From positions 1 to 64,000 of the IMG/VR virus record IMGVR_UViG_3300024269_000048: a DNA stretch of 64,000 nucleotides. One strand, written 5' to 3'. The notes beneath the pieces are model-generated. The model was given only the letters and a program-made list of their open reading frames with translations, made no database searches and had not been told where the DNA came from. The translations under genes were made by a program, and so were the position numbers. The stretch comes from a virus (taxonomy: Duplodnaviria > Caudoviricetes). Position 1 is the first letter of the stretch. Every line of letters starts with the position of its first letter. Of the stretch, positions 9,340 to 18,076 are shown piece after piece.

Positions 9340-10388
9340 ATTTCATCCTCTTCTAAATTTTCTATTGGTTCTATTTCATTTGCTAATATATATTCAAACT
9401 CATCCTTGGTATCGTCACAAGGTGCGGCCTTATCATTAAGTGTAATATTATCTTCCCAATTCCAATAACGAATCTCTAATTGCCTCATAGTGCAAAATGT
9501 CCTCAGTAAATCTGCATTCCTCTTAGTATTATCCAAAGATAAACTCTTATCAAGCATAAAAGTCACTCGTTTGGGGTTTAGAGATATAAGCAGTTTAGCC
9601 TGAGCTGGACTCAATGAGTTGCTACCAAGAGCAACCACATTGCTATATCCCCAAGAGTCCAAGATAAGTACTGACTTTTCTGATTCAACCACAAGAATTT
9701 CATTCTCATATAATGAACTGTAATTTTCGGAATAACCGAAAAGCGTCTGAGACATTGGCCCGTTCTCGATATATAAATATTTGGGTTCAAATTCTTCCGG
9801 CGTTCCGTTGAGCCTACCCTTGATGGCCATAATTTCACCTGTAGAAGTTCTTATAGGCAGGGTAATCCTTTGACTTAAAACATCATAACCTATGCCCCAT
9901 TTTCGTTGAGTACTTAGCGAAATTCCATCCTCGAGCCAAAGCAGATTTGGCGTATTACCATACTGTTCAAGTATCTCTTCTGGATAAGTAGTTACGGATA
10001 TTTCACCGTTAGAACGGCTAATTTTATCGTACAGACCACCAAAGAGCCCCGTCTTGCGTTTGTAATTATATATGGAATCAAGATGTAACTCCTGCTTGAT
10101 AATATTCATTACATCTTTGAAAGGAATATTCTTACTTTTAACGAGGTAGTTTATGAAGTCGAGTGAGAGATTTCTCTCATAGTCCTTCACAAACAAATTC
10201 TCATTATCTTGCAGCCTAATAACCACCGCAGTCGGGTTCATCCCAGGCTCAAAAGCACACCTAAGTTCTCGGTTTCGGATTCGTATCTTGTCAAATCCGA
10301 AGGTGTCTAAGATATGCTCTATGGACTCTGGTTGCTCTAATAGTTTTTCTTTTACTTCTTCGAACACATCTCTGACACCTCCAATCAT
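9336..10388 (-). CDS. DNA primase (Toprim domain)
   Basis: RITLPI...GRL, KY, VVESEKSV (Toprim Glu), VALGS and FMLDK; next to the helicase gene. Confidence 0.85.
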   Translation of the reverse strand: MIGGVRDVFEEVKEKLLEQPESIEHILDTFGFDKIRIRNRELRCAFEPGMNPTAVVIRLQDNENLFVKDYERNLSLDFINYLVKSKNIPFKDVMNIIKQELHLDSIYNYKRKTGLFGGLYDKISRSNGEISVTTYPEEILEQYGNTPNLLWLEDGISLSTQRKWGIGYDVLSQRITLPIRTSTGEIMAIKGRLNGTPEEFEPKYLYIENGPMSQTLFGYSENYSSLYENEILVVESEKSVLILDSWGYSNVVALGSNSLSPAQAKLLISLNPKRVTFMLDKSLSLDNTKRNADLLRTFCTMRQLEIRYWNWEDNITLNDKAAPCDDTKDEFEYILANEIEPIENLEEDEI

Positions 10389-10401
10389 TTCGTATTGTTA
10401 A

Positions 10402-10980
10402 TCAATCATGAATGTCTAACACCGTAACAAACATTCCCCGACTATTTTTCTTAATTTCTTCTAATTTTTCATCAAAACGTTCATCTTTGACAAAGGCCTT
10501 CCCGTCCCAAGACTCTCTTGCAATAACATTACCGTTAGCGTCAATGCAGATATAGCAACTCTGCTCCTCAAAGTTTAATAAATCATTTATTCTTGCGCCA
10601 TCCACATAAAGATATCCATCTCTACTACCCATAGAAGAAAAATAATCTTCTTCACTATACATATATGAAGGTATGTTACCGTCTTTTACAAATCTCTCCA
10701 TCCTAGAGAGCAAACATGAATAAAACAACCTTTTGTTTCTGCCTACTCTGTCATAAAATCCCCAGTTATAAGTTTCATCATTTTCATCAATTTTTAACTT
10801 TAACTTGCCATTATATCTTCCGCCAATCTGATACCAATCCCAAGTAAAAACAGGGTATGGCGAAGTGAGATTTCCCTTTTCGTCATATTCTATATTATCA
10901 TAATAATAAGGTCTCATAATTTCATCAATCTTATCTTCGGTGGGGAATTCTTTTGTAATTAATAAAGCACAATAATGCAT
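10402..10980 (-). CDS. conserved phage hypothetical protein (WDWYQIGGRY motif)
   Basis: 192-aa ORF with RBS and its own promoter. Confidence 0.7.
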   Translation of the reverse strand: MHYCALLITKEFPTEDKIDEIMRPYYYDNIEYDEKGNLTSPYPVFTWDWYQIGGRYNGKLKLKIDENDETYNWGFYDRVGRNKRLFYSCLLSRMERFVKDGNIPSYMYSEEDYFSSMGSRDGYLYVDGARINDLLNFEEQSCYICIDANGNVIARESWDGKAFVKDERFDEKLEEIKKNSRGMFVTVLDIHD

Positions 10981-10994
10981 TTTTCGTTTCTCCT

Positions 10995-11077
10995 AATCAT
11001 TTTGTTGTGTAATTATAATAGTACCATTTCCTCAATTTGTCAAGGTAGTTTGGGATTTATTTACAAAATGTTTACAA
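10995..11077 (-). promoter_or_regulatory. sigma-A promoter with upstream TTGTAAA direct repeat
   Basis: TTGACA (11038-11043), 17 bp, TATTAT (11015-11020). TTGTAAA-CATT-TTGTAAA at 11060-11077. ACAAAATGATT at 10995. Confidence 0.8.
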
Positions 11078-12643
11078 TTACTGGATATAACCATGCTTGA
11101 ATTTCGCCTTGGCCGCATCCGACCAAAGTCCCCACGCACCTTGGAATGAGAATATATACCCAATTCCAGTATCGGAGCTTACTGCTCCTGATGAACGGCT
11201 TTTTTCTATGAATACTGCTCTGTACACCATATCCTCTTTCGGTTGCCATGGAATATTCTCCCATTGATTTGTATTCTTGTTTAATACGGTTTTGAACGGT
11301 GCACAGAAAAACTTACTTGAAGGATCAAACTCTTCTTGATACATAGAACGGCATAAGATCATCAAATCGCAAACCTCTTTAATCTGTTTGCTCATTGATA
11401 ATACCGAACTGTCAAGGAACAACTTACCAAGCGTATTAATTGCCAACTGTAAAGTACAAATTACCTGAGTGCCTGGGTACTTACGAGAAAGGGTCTCAAA
11501 TCTACGGCTATCCTGAATAAGAGAAAGCCAACTATTATCATTATTAGTCGATAAATCTATCTTAAATGTGTCATAAACACAAGTATTTACACCCCTATTA
11601 AGAATATACAAACGCATCTTTTTAATTGCAAGCCCAACATCACTATCGGGAATACTGATAAAATAAAGTTGCCCCTTGTATCTGCTTCTCCAATAATCTT
11701 GTGCCTTCCTAATATATTCTCTATCTTCCTTACTAATATTTCCGTTTATCAGCTTAGTCTTTGTTAGGTTATAATAGTTGAAATGCTTAGTCAATATTAA
11801 TAAAAGGAAGCCGATCTTAAATGCCTTAGATCTCTGCTCATTGGAAATTATCATGCACTTGCGCCCCTCGTGCATCATTGACATAAGAATGCTGAGAATT
11901 AGGGTGGTCTTACCTACGTTAGAGTAACCACCTATAATAGTCATTCCGTCCGGAATTCCATTAACTTGCTTCGAGAAGTACCTTAGAGCTTCTACCGGGT
12001 TGCCCATATAATCATCATCAAAATATTCAAATGGTGTACCTGCTTCCTCTCCGTTTTCAAGAGATTCAATGAATTCGTCCGTAATATCTAATTCTTCTTC
12101 CTCCAGCACCTTGCTAGAATATCCCGTGCCAAAACTTTCAAGCTTCGATGTATACCAATCTGTAACCTGTTCACTTGACATTTTAGCAAAGAGTTTTAAT
12201 GGGTTAATTGTCTTTCCCTCATATTTAATAGGCTCAAGTAGATTAAAACCAAATTTGTGCATATCAATAATCATATTTGACTTCAAAAGATTATCGAGGT
12301 AACTCTCATAGTTTTGGTTGTTCACGCAATCTGCCATATTCTTAATCGCCTTGAAGCCACCACTCTCTTCAAGTTTGCTCCTTACGTCTTCTGATATATA
12401 TGTTAAAACGGACACCTCATCAAACACCGTACACTTTTTATCTCTCAGTGTTTTCAAGATGCCGTAAATCAGTCTTGCATCCTTTGTTAAAAATTTGGAA
12501 CTATCGATATTAGTATCCTCTACAAGCAGCATATCATTGACCATACTACCAATGACATTTGCCTCGATATTAACACGTCCCTCAAGTAGTTCCTTGGGGA
12601 TCTTATTGGTAACTCCACTTATGTATAAATTATTCATTAACAA
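11078..12643 (-). CDS. replicative DNA helicase, DnaB-like
   Basis: N-terminal IEANVIGSM; Walker A GGYSNVGKTT; ISNEQ; VYDTFK; QLA; IEKSR; adjacent to primase. Confidence 0.85.
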   Translation of the reverse strand: MLMNNLYISGVTNKIPKELLEGRVNIEANVIGSMVNDMLLVEDTNIDSSKFLTKDARLIYGILKTLRDKKCTVFDEVSVLTYISEDVRSKLEESGGFKAIKNMADCVNNQNYESYLDNLLKSNMIIDMHKFGFNLLEPIKYEGKTINPLKLFAKMSSEQVTDWYTSKLESFGTGYSSKVLEEEELDITDEFIESLENGEEAGTPFEYFDDDYMGNPVEALRYFSKQVNGIPDGMTIIGGYSNVGKTTLILSILMSMMHEGRKCMIISNEQRSKAFKIGFLLLILTKHFNYYNLTKTKLINGNISKEDREYIRKAQDYWRSRYKGQLYFISIPDSDVGLAIKKMRLYILNRGVNTCVYDTFKIDLSTNNDNSWLSLIQDSRRFETLSRKYPGTQVICTLQLAINTLGKLFLDSSVLSMSKQIKEVCDLMILCRSMYQEEFDPSSKFFCAPFKTVLNKNTNQWENIPWQPKEDMVYRAVFIEKSRSSGAVSSDTGIGYIFSFQGAWGLWSDAAKAKFKHGYIQ

Positions 12644-13134
12644 TCCTCCTCAAAGTCCAACAGAGCCTGTCTGGTTTTTGGTTTGTATTTTGTTTCATAG
12701 TGCTCTTCTACTACAACTTTAGGCGGAGCAACTTCGATTGTCTTCGGCACAAACGCCTTAATTTTATCCCTAATAATTGCCGACAAATAGCGTATACGCG
12801 CGTACTCAGAACTCTGCAACCTAGCAATCACCGAACTTAAGTAATCCCTATTTTCTTCTAAGTACTTAGCGATTTTAGCGTTATCTGCGACCTTTAGCCA
12901 CTCTTGCCACTCCTTGAATAGCGCCGTATTAATAATCTCCTTTTCGCCCATAATATCACATATCAAGCGATATACTCTATCCTTATCTTCCTGGGCCTTC
13001 TTCTTACGTGCTTCTTCTGCCTCGAACTCAGAGGCTGAACAAAAATACTTAGGTTTTCCATTCTTATCTATTACTTTGTATGCTATTTTAGTATCTAATT
13101 TTGTGCCACAAATTTTGCATTTTGCCGCAGCCAT
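12637..13134 (-). CDS. hypothetical protein with N-terminal Cys (zinc-binding-like) motif
   Basis: CKIC...YFCS; overlaps the helicase start. Confidence 0.65.
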   Translation of the reverse strand: MAAAKCKICGTKLDTKIAYKVIDKNGKPKYFCSASEFEAEEARKKKAQEDKDRVYRLICDIMGEKEIINTALFKEWQEWLKVADNAKIAKYLEENRDYLSSVIARLQSSEYARIRYLSAIIRDKIKAFVPKTIEVAPPKVVVEEHYETKYKPKTRQALLDFEEDC

Positions 13135-13152
13135 CTTAATTCCTCCTTATGT

Positions 13153-13189
13153 CAAAAGTAGGTGGTGGTGATTCCTCACCAACCACCTA
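13153..13189 (-). terminator. probable intrinsic terminator
   Basis: TAGGTGGTTGGTGA-GGAA-TCACCACCACCTA followed by CTTTTG on the minus strand. Confidence 0.65.
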
Positions 13190-13195
13190 TGCATT

Positions 13196-13513
13196 TTAAT
13201 TTGCAAGTTCTACCTTACCATTTTCGTCATATACATCAAACCATTCGCCACAATAATCATAAGTGCTTTGTCTTAGTTCAAGTATACGCTTTAAGGTTTT
13301 GCAGGTATACAACTTCATTCCAGTAGGATTTACACCAATCCCATTAAATGTTTCGCGATAAAAACGTGACATCCCGTGTGCCTTATATACTGCTCTATCA
13401 TCAGTCATATAAGTATATGCTGGAATGACAGTGCCATCTGTTTTTTCGATTTCCGTAGATATTTTTTCATACGGCTCTTTTCTTAAATAATACATATTGT
13501 TATACCTCGTCAT
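13196..13513 (-). CDS. hypothetical protein (105 aa)
   Basis: Start overlaps the upstream stop. Confidence 0.6.
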   Translation of the reverse strand: MTRYNNMYYLRKEPYEKISTEIEKTDGTVIPAYTYMTDDRAVYKAHGMSRFYRETFNGIGVNPTGMKLYTCKTLKRILELRQSTYDYCGEWFDVYDENGKVELAN

Positions 13514-14744
13514 TCAGTCCAAGGATTTCCTCGATAGCGTTAACGTCGCTAGTCTTCATCTCTGCGGAAAGCTTGTTATTGTAGTCTACAAGATGCTTCT
13601 TAACCTTTGCCTTGGTTGTCGCATCACTCGCCTTAAATGCTGCTCTAATTGCATTGAGCCTATCATCATCAAGAGTGATGATTACATCCCCATCAACCTC
13701 TTCGACCTCATCCTCGGGGAAGATATCTACCTCATCTACATCGAAAGGTGCTTCGTCTTCCACTACTTCATCCTTTGCCTTGGCCTTATCGACCACCGCT
13801 CTAAGTTTTGCAGTAAGTTCATCTTCTTCCTCTTCGTCAATAACAGGGTTAGACTTCTTTACGGACTTTTTAGTAGTAGGCTTCTTTGCAAAATTAGTCT
13901 TAGACTTTTCCATGCCCTCTTCTACAATTTTAATAAATTCTTCAGCCATGTTTGGCTTGTCAAACACCATATACTCTGGTACAGTGCCATCTGCAAATCT
14001 ACCGCCCGCATCGATTAGAGTAGTTCCACGGAAGTATAACTTTCTAATAGTGTCAGTGGCATATTTCTTAACGGTATCCTTTTCCTGCTTCTCTTCAACA
14101 ACCCTATCAATAACACCAGTAAGTACCACATCGAAGCAATCTCCGAAGGCAGCCTCATAATCTGCTCCCATATTAGAAGTTAACTGCATATAGCCGTCTT
14201 GCTCTAATCCACCCTTTTCCTTAATTGTCTTAAATTTCGTGTGTGCGATAACCCAAACTCCGAATCCTGCCTCTTGAAGTTCGGTCATATAAGGCTTGAT
14301 AATTTCATTAGCAGAATATTTTTCTCCACCAGTGAATCCGCCCATAGCTGCCTTAATGCTCTTCGTGGGCTTGCTGGGATTCTCTAAATTTGATCTACGG
14401 ATAGTTTCGCGATCCGCTAGAATTGTCAATTCATCTCCTGTATCAAATGCGACAATTTCAATTTGATGACTCTTGCCCTTCTCTTTGATGAGCCAATCTT
14501 TAAGTGCAACAAGCTGTTTATATGTAGATACCTGCGTACAGTTTAAACTGTCTAACATCTTGTATCCTTTCTCGTTTCCTACGCCCACAAGTAGTCCTTT
14601 TGATGGATCGCCATATTTTGCGAGAATTACATCCCTAAAAAGTGTTGTCTTTCCAAACTTCTTCGTTGAACGAAGATAAACACTCAAATTCTTCATATCC
14701 GCCTCAATTGTATTAATTGTAGGCAACTGAAATCCTAAATCCAT
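13500..14744 (-). CDS. AAA/P-loop ATPase (Sak4/AAA_24-like recombination protein)
   Basis: YLRSTKKFGKTT Walker A, VAFDT Walker B, WVIAH; acidic C-terminal part. Confidence 0.75.
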   Translation of the reverse strand: MDLGFQLPTINTIEADMKNLSVYLRSTKKFGKTTLFRDVILAKYGDPSKGLLVGVGNEKGYKMLDSLNCTQVSTYKQLVALKDWLIKEKGKSHQIEIVAFDTGDELTILADRETIRRSNLENPSKPTKSIKAAMGGFTGGEKYSANEIIKPYMTELQEAGFGVWVIAHTKFKTIKEKGGLEQDGYMQLTSNMGADYEAAFGDCFDVVLTGVIDRVVEEKQEKDTVKKYATDTIRKLYFRGTTLIDAGGRFADGTVPEYMVFDKPNMAEEFIKIVEEGMEKSKTNFAKKPTTKKSVKKSNPVIDEEEEDELTAKLRAVVDKAKAKDEVVEDEAPFDVDEVDIFPEDEVEEVDGDVIITLDDDRLNAIRAAFKASDATTKAKVKKHLVDYNNKLSAEMKTSDVNAIEEILGLNDEV

Positions 14745-14778
14745 AATATATTTCTCCTTTAATCATTTTGTATTGTTA

Positions 14779-15888
14779 TTAAATATCATCTTCATCATCG
14801 GAGCCCGCAAAGATGTCAACTTCCTCTTCCTTAATATGAGGTAAAATTACTAAATCTTCTGCGGTAAACGCTGTAGGCTCACTCTGCTTTACAATGCTGT
14901 CCAGTCTAAGCTCCTGAATCTTGGGACCATACATCTGACCGCCCGCGTTCTTAATAGCTTGCTTGGCATCCATAAGACCAAGCTTAATTGCCTTCTGAGT
15001 CTTTTCATCAAGGTCGGTAATCTGAATATCAGCCTTCTGGGCTCCATCGATAACCTTGCAAGACAATACGACCTTACATACCTCGTTATCGCCAAAGTCA
15101 CTCAGAATTTCTTCTGTGCCATCGATAACATCCATATCGTTCTCTCTCATTACAAGAGCAACAGGACAGAACCAATCGCCCTTAGTCTTAGAGTCTCTAA
15201 ACTGAGTATAACCGGACAAAACAGCCTTGCCATCCGATGTAACAGACTCCTTATCCATAAAGCTCTCTGTAAAGTAGAAGTTCACATTAGCTTCACTCTT
15301 AGGTTCTACATCATCCTCAGCACGATATATCTTATTTACTTCATATGTAGAGTAATATTTGCCAGTCTTTTCACTATAACTGTATTCAATTGAGCCCTGT
15401 ACCTTAAACATCATATCTTTAATCTTATCAGAGTTCACAACCTTACGAGCCCACTCGATAAAATCGCTGCCAGCAAGGAAATGCTTTCTCTTCTTTTCCG
15501 ATGCTGCAAACCCCTCAGTATCACCATTGTCCTTAAGCGCCTTGCGGTTGCTATATGTATCAGTATCTACTGTAAACACTCTATAACCCGCCACTTTCTC
15601 AATTTCGGCAGGGTCGTTTCTCTTGCTCCAAGGTATCTGAATAGGCTCACTCTGCTTTCCGTCCTTGGGCTTTGAATAAGTGTAAACAACCGAATTCTTA
15701 GCATCATCCTGCCAACGCCCTGCATTAATCTCTACAAGATGTCTATTGTCTCCCGCGACAATGTTGAATCTGAGCTTCTGGGTCATCCACTTGCTATCGT
15801 ATACCATTTCAGTATAACCCTTAAAAGTCTCAGTGTCCTTAATTGGCACAATCTTGCCAATAAAGGTGAATGAATTTTTTGTTGCCAT
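14779..15888 (-). CDS. putative single-stranded DNA-binding protein
   Basis: Beta-rich, OB-like starts (FTFIGKI, VQGSIEYS) and an acidic tail DIFAGSDDEDDI, within the replication module. Confidence 0.55.
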   Translation of the reverse strand: MATKNSFTFIGKIVPIKDTETFKGYTEMVYDSKWMTQKLRFNIVAGDNRHLVEINAGRWQDDAKNSVVYTYSKPKDGKQSEPIQIPWSKRNDPAEIEKVAGYRVFTVDTDTYSNRKALKDNGDTEGFAASEKKRKHFLAGSDFIEWARKVVNSDKIKDMMFKVQGSIEYSYSEKTGKYYSTYEVNKIYRAEDDVEPKSEANVNFYFTESFMDKESVTSDGKAVLSGYTQFRDSKTKGDWFCPVALVMRENDMDVIDGTEEILSDFGDNEVCKVVLSCKVIDGAQKADIQITDLDEKTQKAIKLGLMDAKQAIKNAGGQMYGPKIQELRLDSIVKQSEPTAFTAEDLVILPHIKEEEVDIFAGSDDEDDI

Positions 15889-15922
15889 ATTAATTTTCTC
15901 CTTTTAATTTAATATTTTTTAA

Positions 15923-16309
15923 TTAACCACATTCACAATCCTGTGAAGAAATTAGGTTGAATGTTTTCTCGTCATATACCACTACAACGCTACCAATACA
16001 CTCATCCCCAATCCATATTTGTGCTCTTGTCGGTAGATAGGTCAAAGTCTCATCTGCCAACTTTCTGTACCATTTTGCAAAAGTCGTATAATCGTAGTTC
16101 TCAATAGATTTCCAAATTTCATCAATGTCAACATCCGCGTTCATATGATGAAACCACTGATAACGTATAGAAACTTCACAATCCAGGTGTCTCTGCACAT
16201 TAGTTACTGGTCTAATATTGCCAGTGGCATCCTCAATCCAGTCCCAATTAAAATTCACCCAAAATTTTATCTTATTGCCAACTGCATTAAAAACATCTCT
16301 TAATGTCAT
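15923..16309 (-). CDS. hypothetical protein (128 aa)
   Basis: ORF with RBS. Confidence 0.65.
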   Translation of the reverse strand: MTLRDVFNAVGNKIKFWVNFNWDWIEDATGNIRPVTNVQRHLDCEVSIRYQWFHHMNADVDIDEIWKSIENYDYTTFAKWYRKLADETLTYLPTRAQIWIGDECIGSVVVVYDEKTFNLISSQDCECG

Positions 16310-16328
16310 CTTTTATTCCTTTCTAATT

Positions 16329-17021
16329 TTAATCATTTTGTATTGTTGGTTTATATGACCATTTATATCCATATGCTTTATTTAATTCGCCTCGGCAGCA
16401 TTTCGCTATGGAAGAATTACTATACCCCAATTCTCTTTTAACCTCAATGGCACTCTTCCATATTTTAATTAAATTATCATTTTCATCATATTGATATACT
16501 CGTTTACTTCCTAATTCGCTAATCTTATTTTTGGTCTCTTCTGAATGTTTGCGACCATACCACGGATTGTTTTCTCCAGAACATTTTTCTCTATGACCAT
16601 CTTGTAATCTTTTCTTATGTTCTTCTGTGAGATGTCTACCATATAACGGATGCTTTTCCCCAGACATATCTGCATGATTTTCGCTAATTTTTCGTCTACT
16701 TTCTTCTCCGTATTTTCCATTTGACCCGCCTTCTTTTAGATTATACCAATTTGAGTCTTCTACGACATTTAAAAATATAGTTAAATCATACTCCGCCTTA
16801 TTTAATTCTTCTTCTGAAGAACAAATTTTAACAATATTGCGCGAAAAATTTTCTTTTCCATATTTTTTTACAGCATTTTTAAAAATTGTTCCGCTTCCAA
16901 GATAATTTTTCCAACTTTTGTCAAATTTCTTTTGCCCCAAATACCTCTTACCATTTATCATATTGGTCGTTATGTAAATAAAACCATATGGATTCTGAAT
17001 AATTTGTTCATTTGTTTTCAT
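16329..17021 (-). CDS. free-standing GIY-YIG homing endonuclease with NUMOD3/NUMOD1-type DNA-binding repeats
   Basis: YGFIYITTNMINGKRYLGQK; YNLKEGG; HSEETKNKIS repeats; C-terminal VYQYD...SSIAKCCRG. Confidence 0.85.
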   Translation of the reverse strand: MKTNEQIIQNPYGFIYITTNMINGKRYLGQKKFDKSWKNYLGSGTIFKNAVKKYGKENFSRNIVKICSSEEELNKAEYDLTIFLNVVEDSNWYNLKEGGSNGKYGEESRRKISENHADMSGEKHPLYGRHLTEEHKKRLQDGHREKCSGENNPWYGRKHSEETKNKISELGSKRVYQYDENDNLIKIWKSAIEVKRELGYSNSSIAKCCRGELNKAYGYKWSYKPTIQND

Positions 17022-17089
17022 TCCTTAATACATATGTGACTTCTTATAAATGCCTCTTTTAATTTCTCATATTATTCCCCTTCCCTCAA

Positions 17090-17314
17090 TCATTTTGTAC
17101 TGTTTAAATAGTATCGATTATCCTTGGTAACATCATAATATAAATATTCGTCACCCGGCTCCGTTCCTACCCAAAGATGATTTGTCATCTGTTTACAATC
17201 TTTGCATCTTATTTTCGTATATAATTCATCTTCATCTATATCGGGCGGATCTTCCATCCAATGAAGGGTTCCGCAATTCATACATTGATATTGTGCTTTT
17301 TGCTTATCTCTCAT
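17090..17314 (-). CDS. small zinc-ribbon protein
   Basis: CMNC...CKDC. Confidence 0.65.
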   Translation of the reverse strand: MRDKQKAQYQCMNCGTLHWMEDPPDIDEDELYTKIRCKDCKQMTNHLWVGTEPGDEYLYYDVTKDNRYYLNSTK

Positions 17315-17364
17315 AAACCTCTCCTCCTTTCGTGGTAATCACTTTGTCTCCTAAGTTCACTACT

Positions 17365-17427
17365 ATATTACCACAAAAGCGAGTAAAAGTCAATACCTTT
17401 TATCAATTGTTTACAATTTATTTACAA
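17365..17427 (-). promoter_or_regulatory. sigma-A promoter with upstream TTGTAAA direct repeat
   Basis: TTGACT (17388-17393), 17 bp, TAATAT (17365-17370). TTGTAAA-TAAA-TTGTAAA at 17410-17427. Confidence 0.75.
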
Positions 17428-17668
17428 TCACCCTAATCTCCAGCATATCATCCCCTATCGTATAAGTATTCCCCTTAACGCAGAACTCGACTACCTTCTG
17501 CTTGTACACGAACAATTCAGTTCCCTTGACTACAATACCAATCTTCTCGTCATTATTTATTACTTGAAGCGCATCACACCCATATTGCTGCTCCCCAAAT
17601 AATAAATGCTTTAATGTAACCTTTCCACGTAGTCCTTGTAACTGTTTCCATTCGTCATATTTTCTCAT
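17411..17668 (-). CDS. hypothetical protein (85 aa) under a LexA-box promoter
   Basis: AAGGGG RBS; promoter at 17708-17736. Confidence 0.7.
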   Translation of the reverse strand: MRKYDEWKQLQGLRGKVTLKHLLFGEQQYGCDALQVINNDEKIGIVVKGTELFVYKQKVVEFCVKGNTYTIGDDMLEIRVIVNKL

Positions 17669-17707
17669 TTGTATTTCCCCTTCGTCGATTAAAAATTCTC
17701 ATATGTA

Positions 17708-17736
17708 ATTATACACCGAACTAATGTTCGTTTCAA
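17708..17736 (-). promoter_or_regulatory. sigma-A promoter with a Gram-positive SOS (LexA) box in its spacer
   Basis: Minus strand reads TTGAAA-CGAACATTAGTTCGGTG-TATAAT, containing GAAC-N4-GTTC. Confidence 0.8.
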
Positions 17737-17824
17737 CCCATAAAATGTTCCAAATTATGAACAAATCGTTAAAAATATAAAAATTAGTGGGATTACTACT
17801 AAAATACCCAATACAATTACCCAG

Positions 17825-18055
17825 CTATGTCTTTCCCATTTCATTTATGTCCTCCGTTCTAATATATAATCTCAACACCCACTTGCTCGACTCTTGCTCT
17901 TGAATTTCTTCAACTTTATATACATCAAGCCAGGAATAAGTAGATTTAAACCACTTTTTAACCTCTGTGGTTTTCACATCATTATCCGCCTTGTAGTCGT
18001 ATTGAGTCGGCGGTCGATTCTTTGTGTAACCAGCGTATACTCTGAAGTATTTCAT
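17825..18055 (-). CDS. hypothetical protein (76 aa)
   Basis: AGGAG RBS. Confidence 0.65.
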   Translation of the reverse strand: MKYFRVYAGYTKNRPPTQYDYKADNDVKTTEVKKWFKSTYSWLDVYKVEEIQEQESSKWVLRLYIRTEDINEMGKT

Positions 18056-18076
18056 ACTTTTATCTCCTAATCTTTA

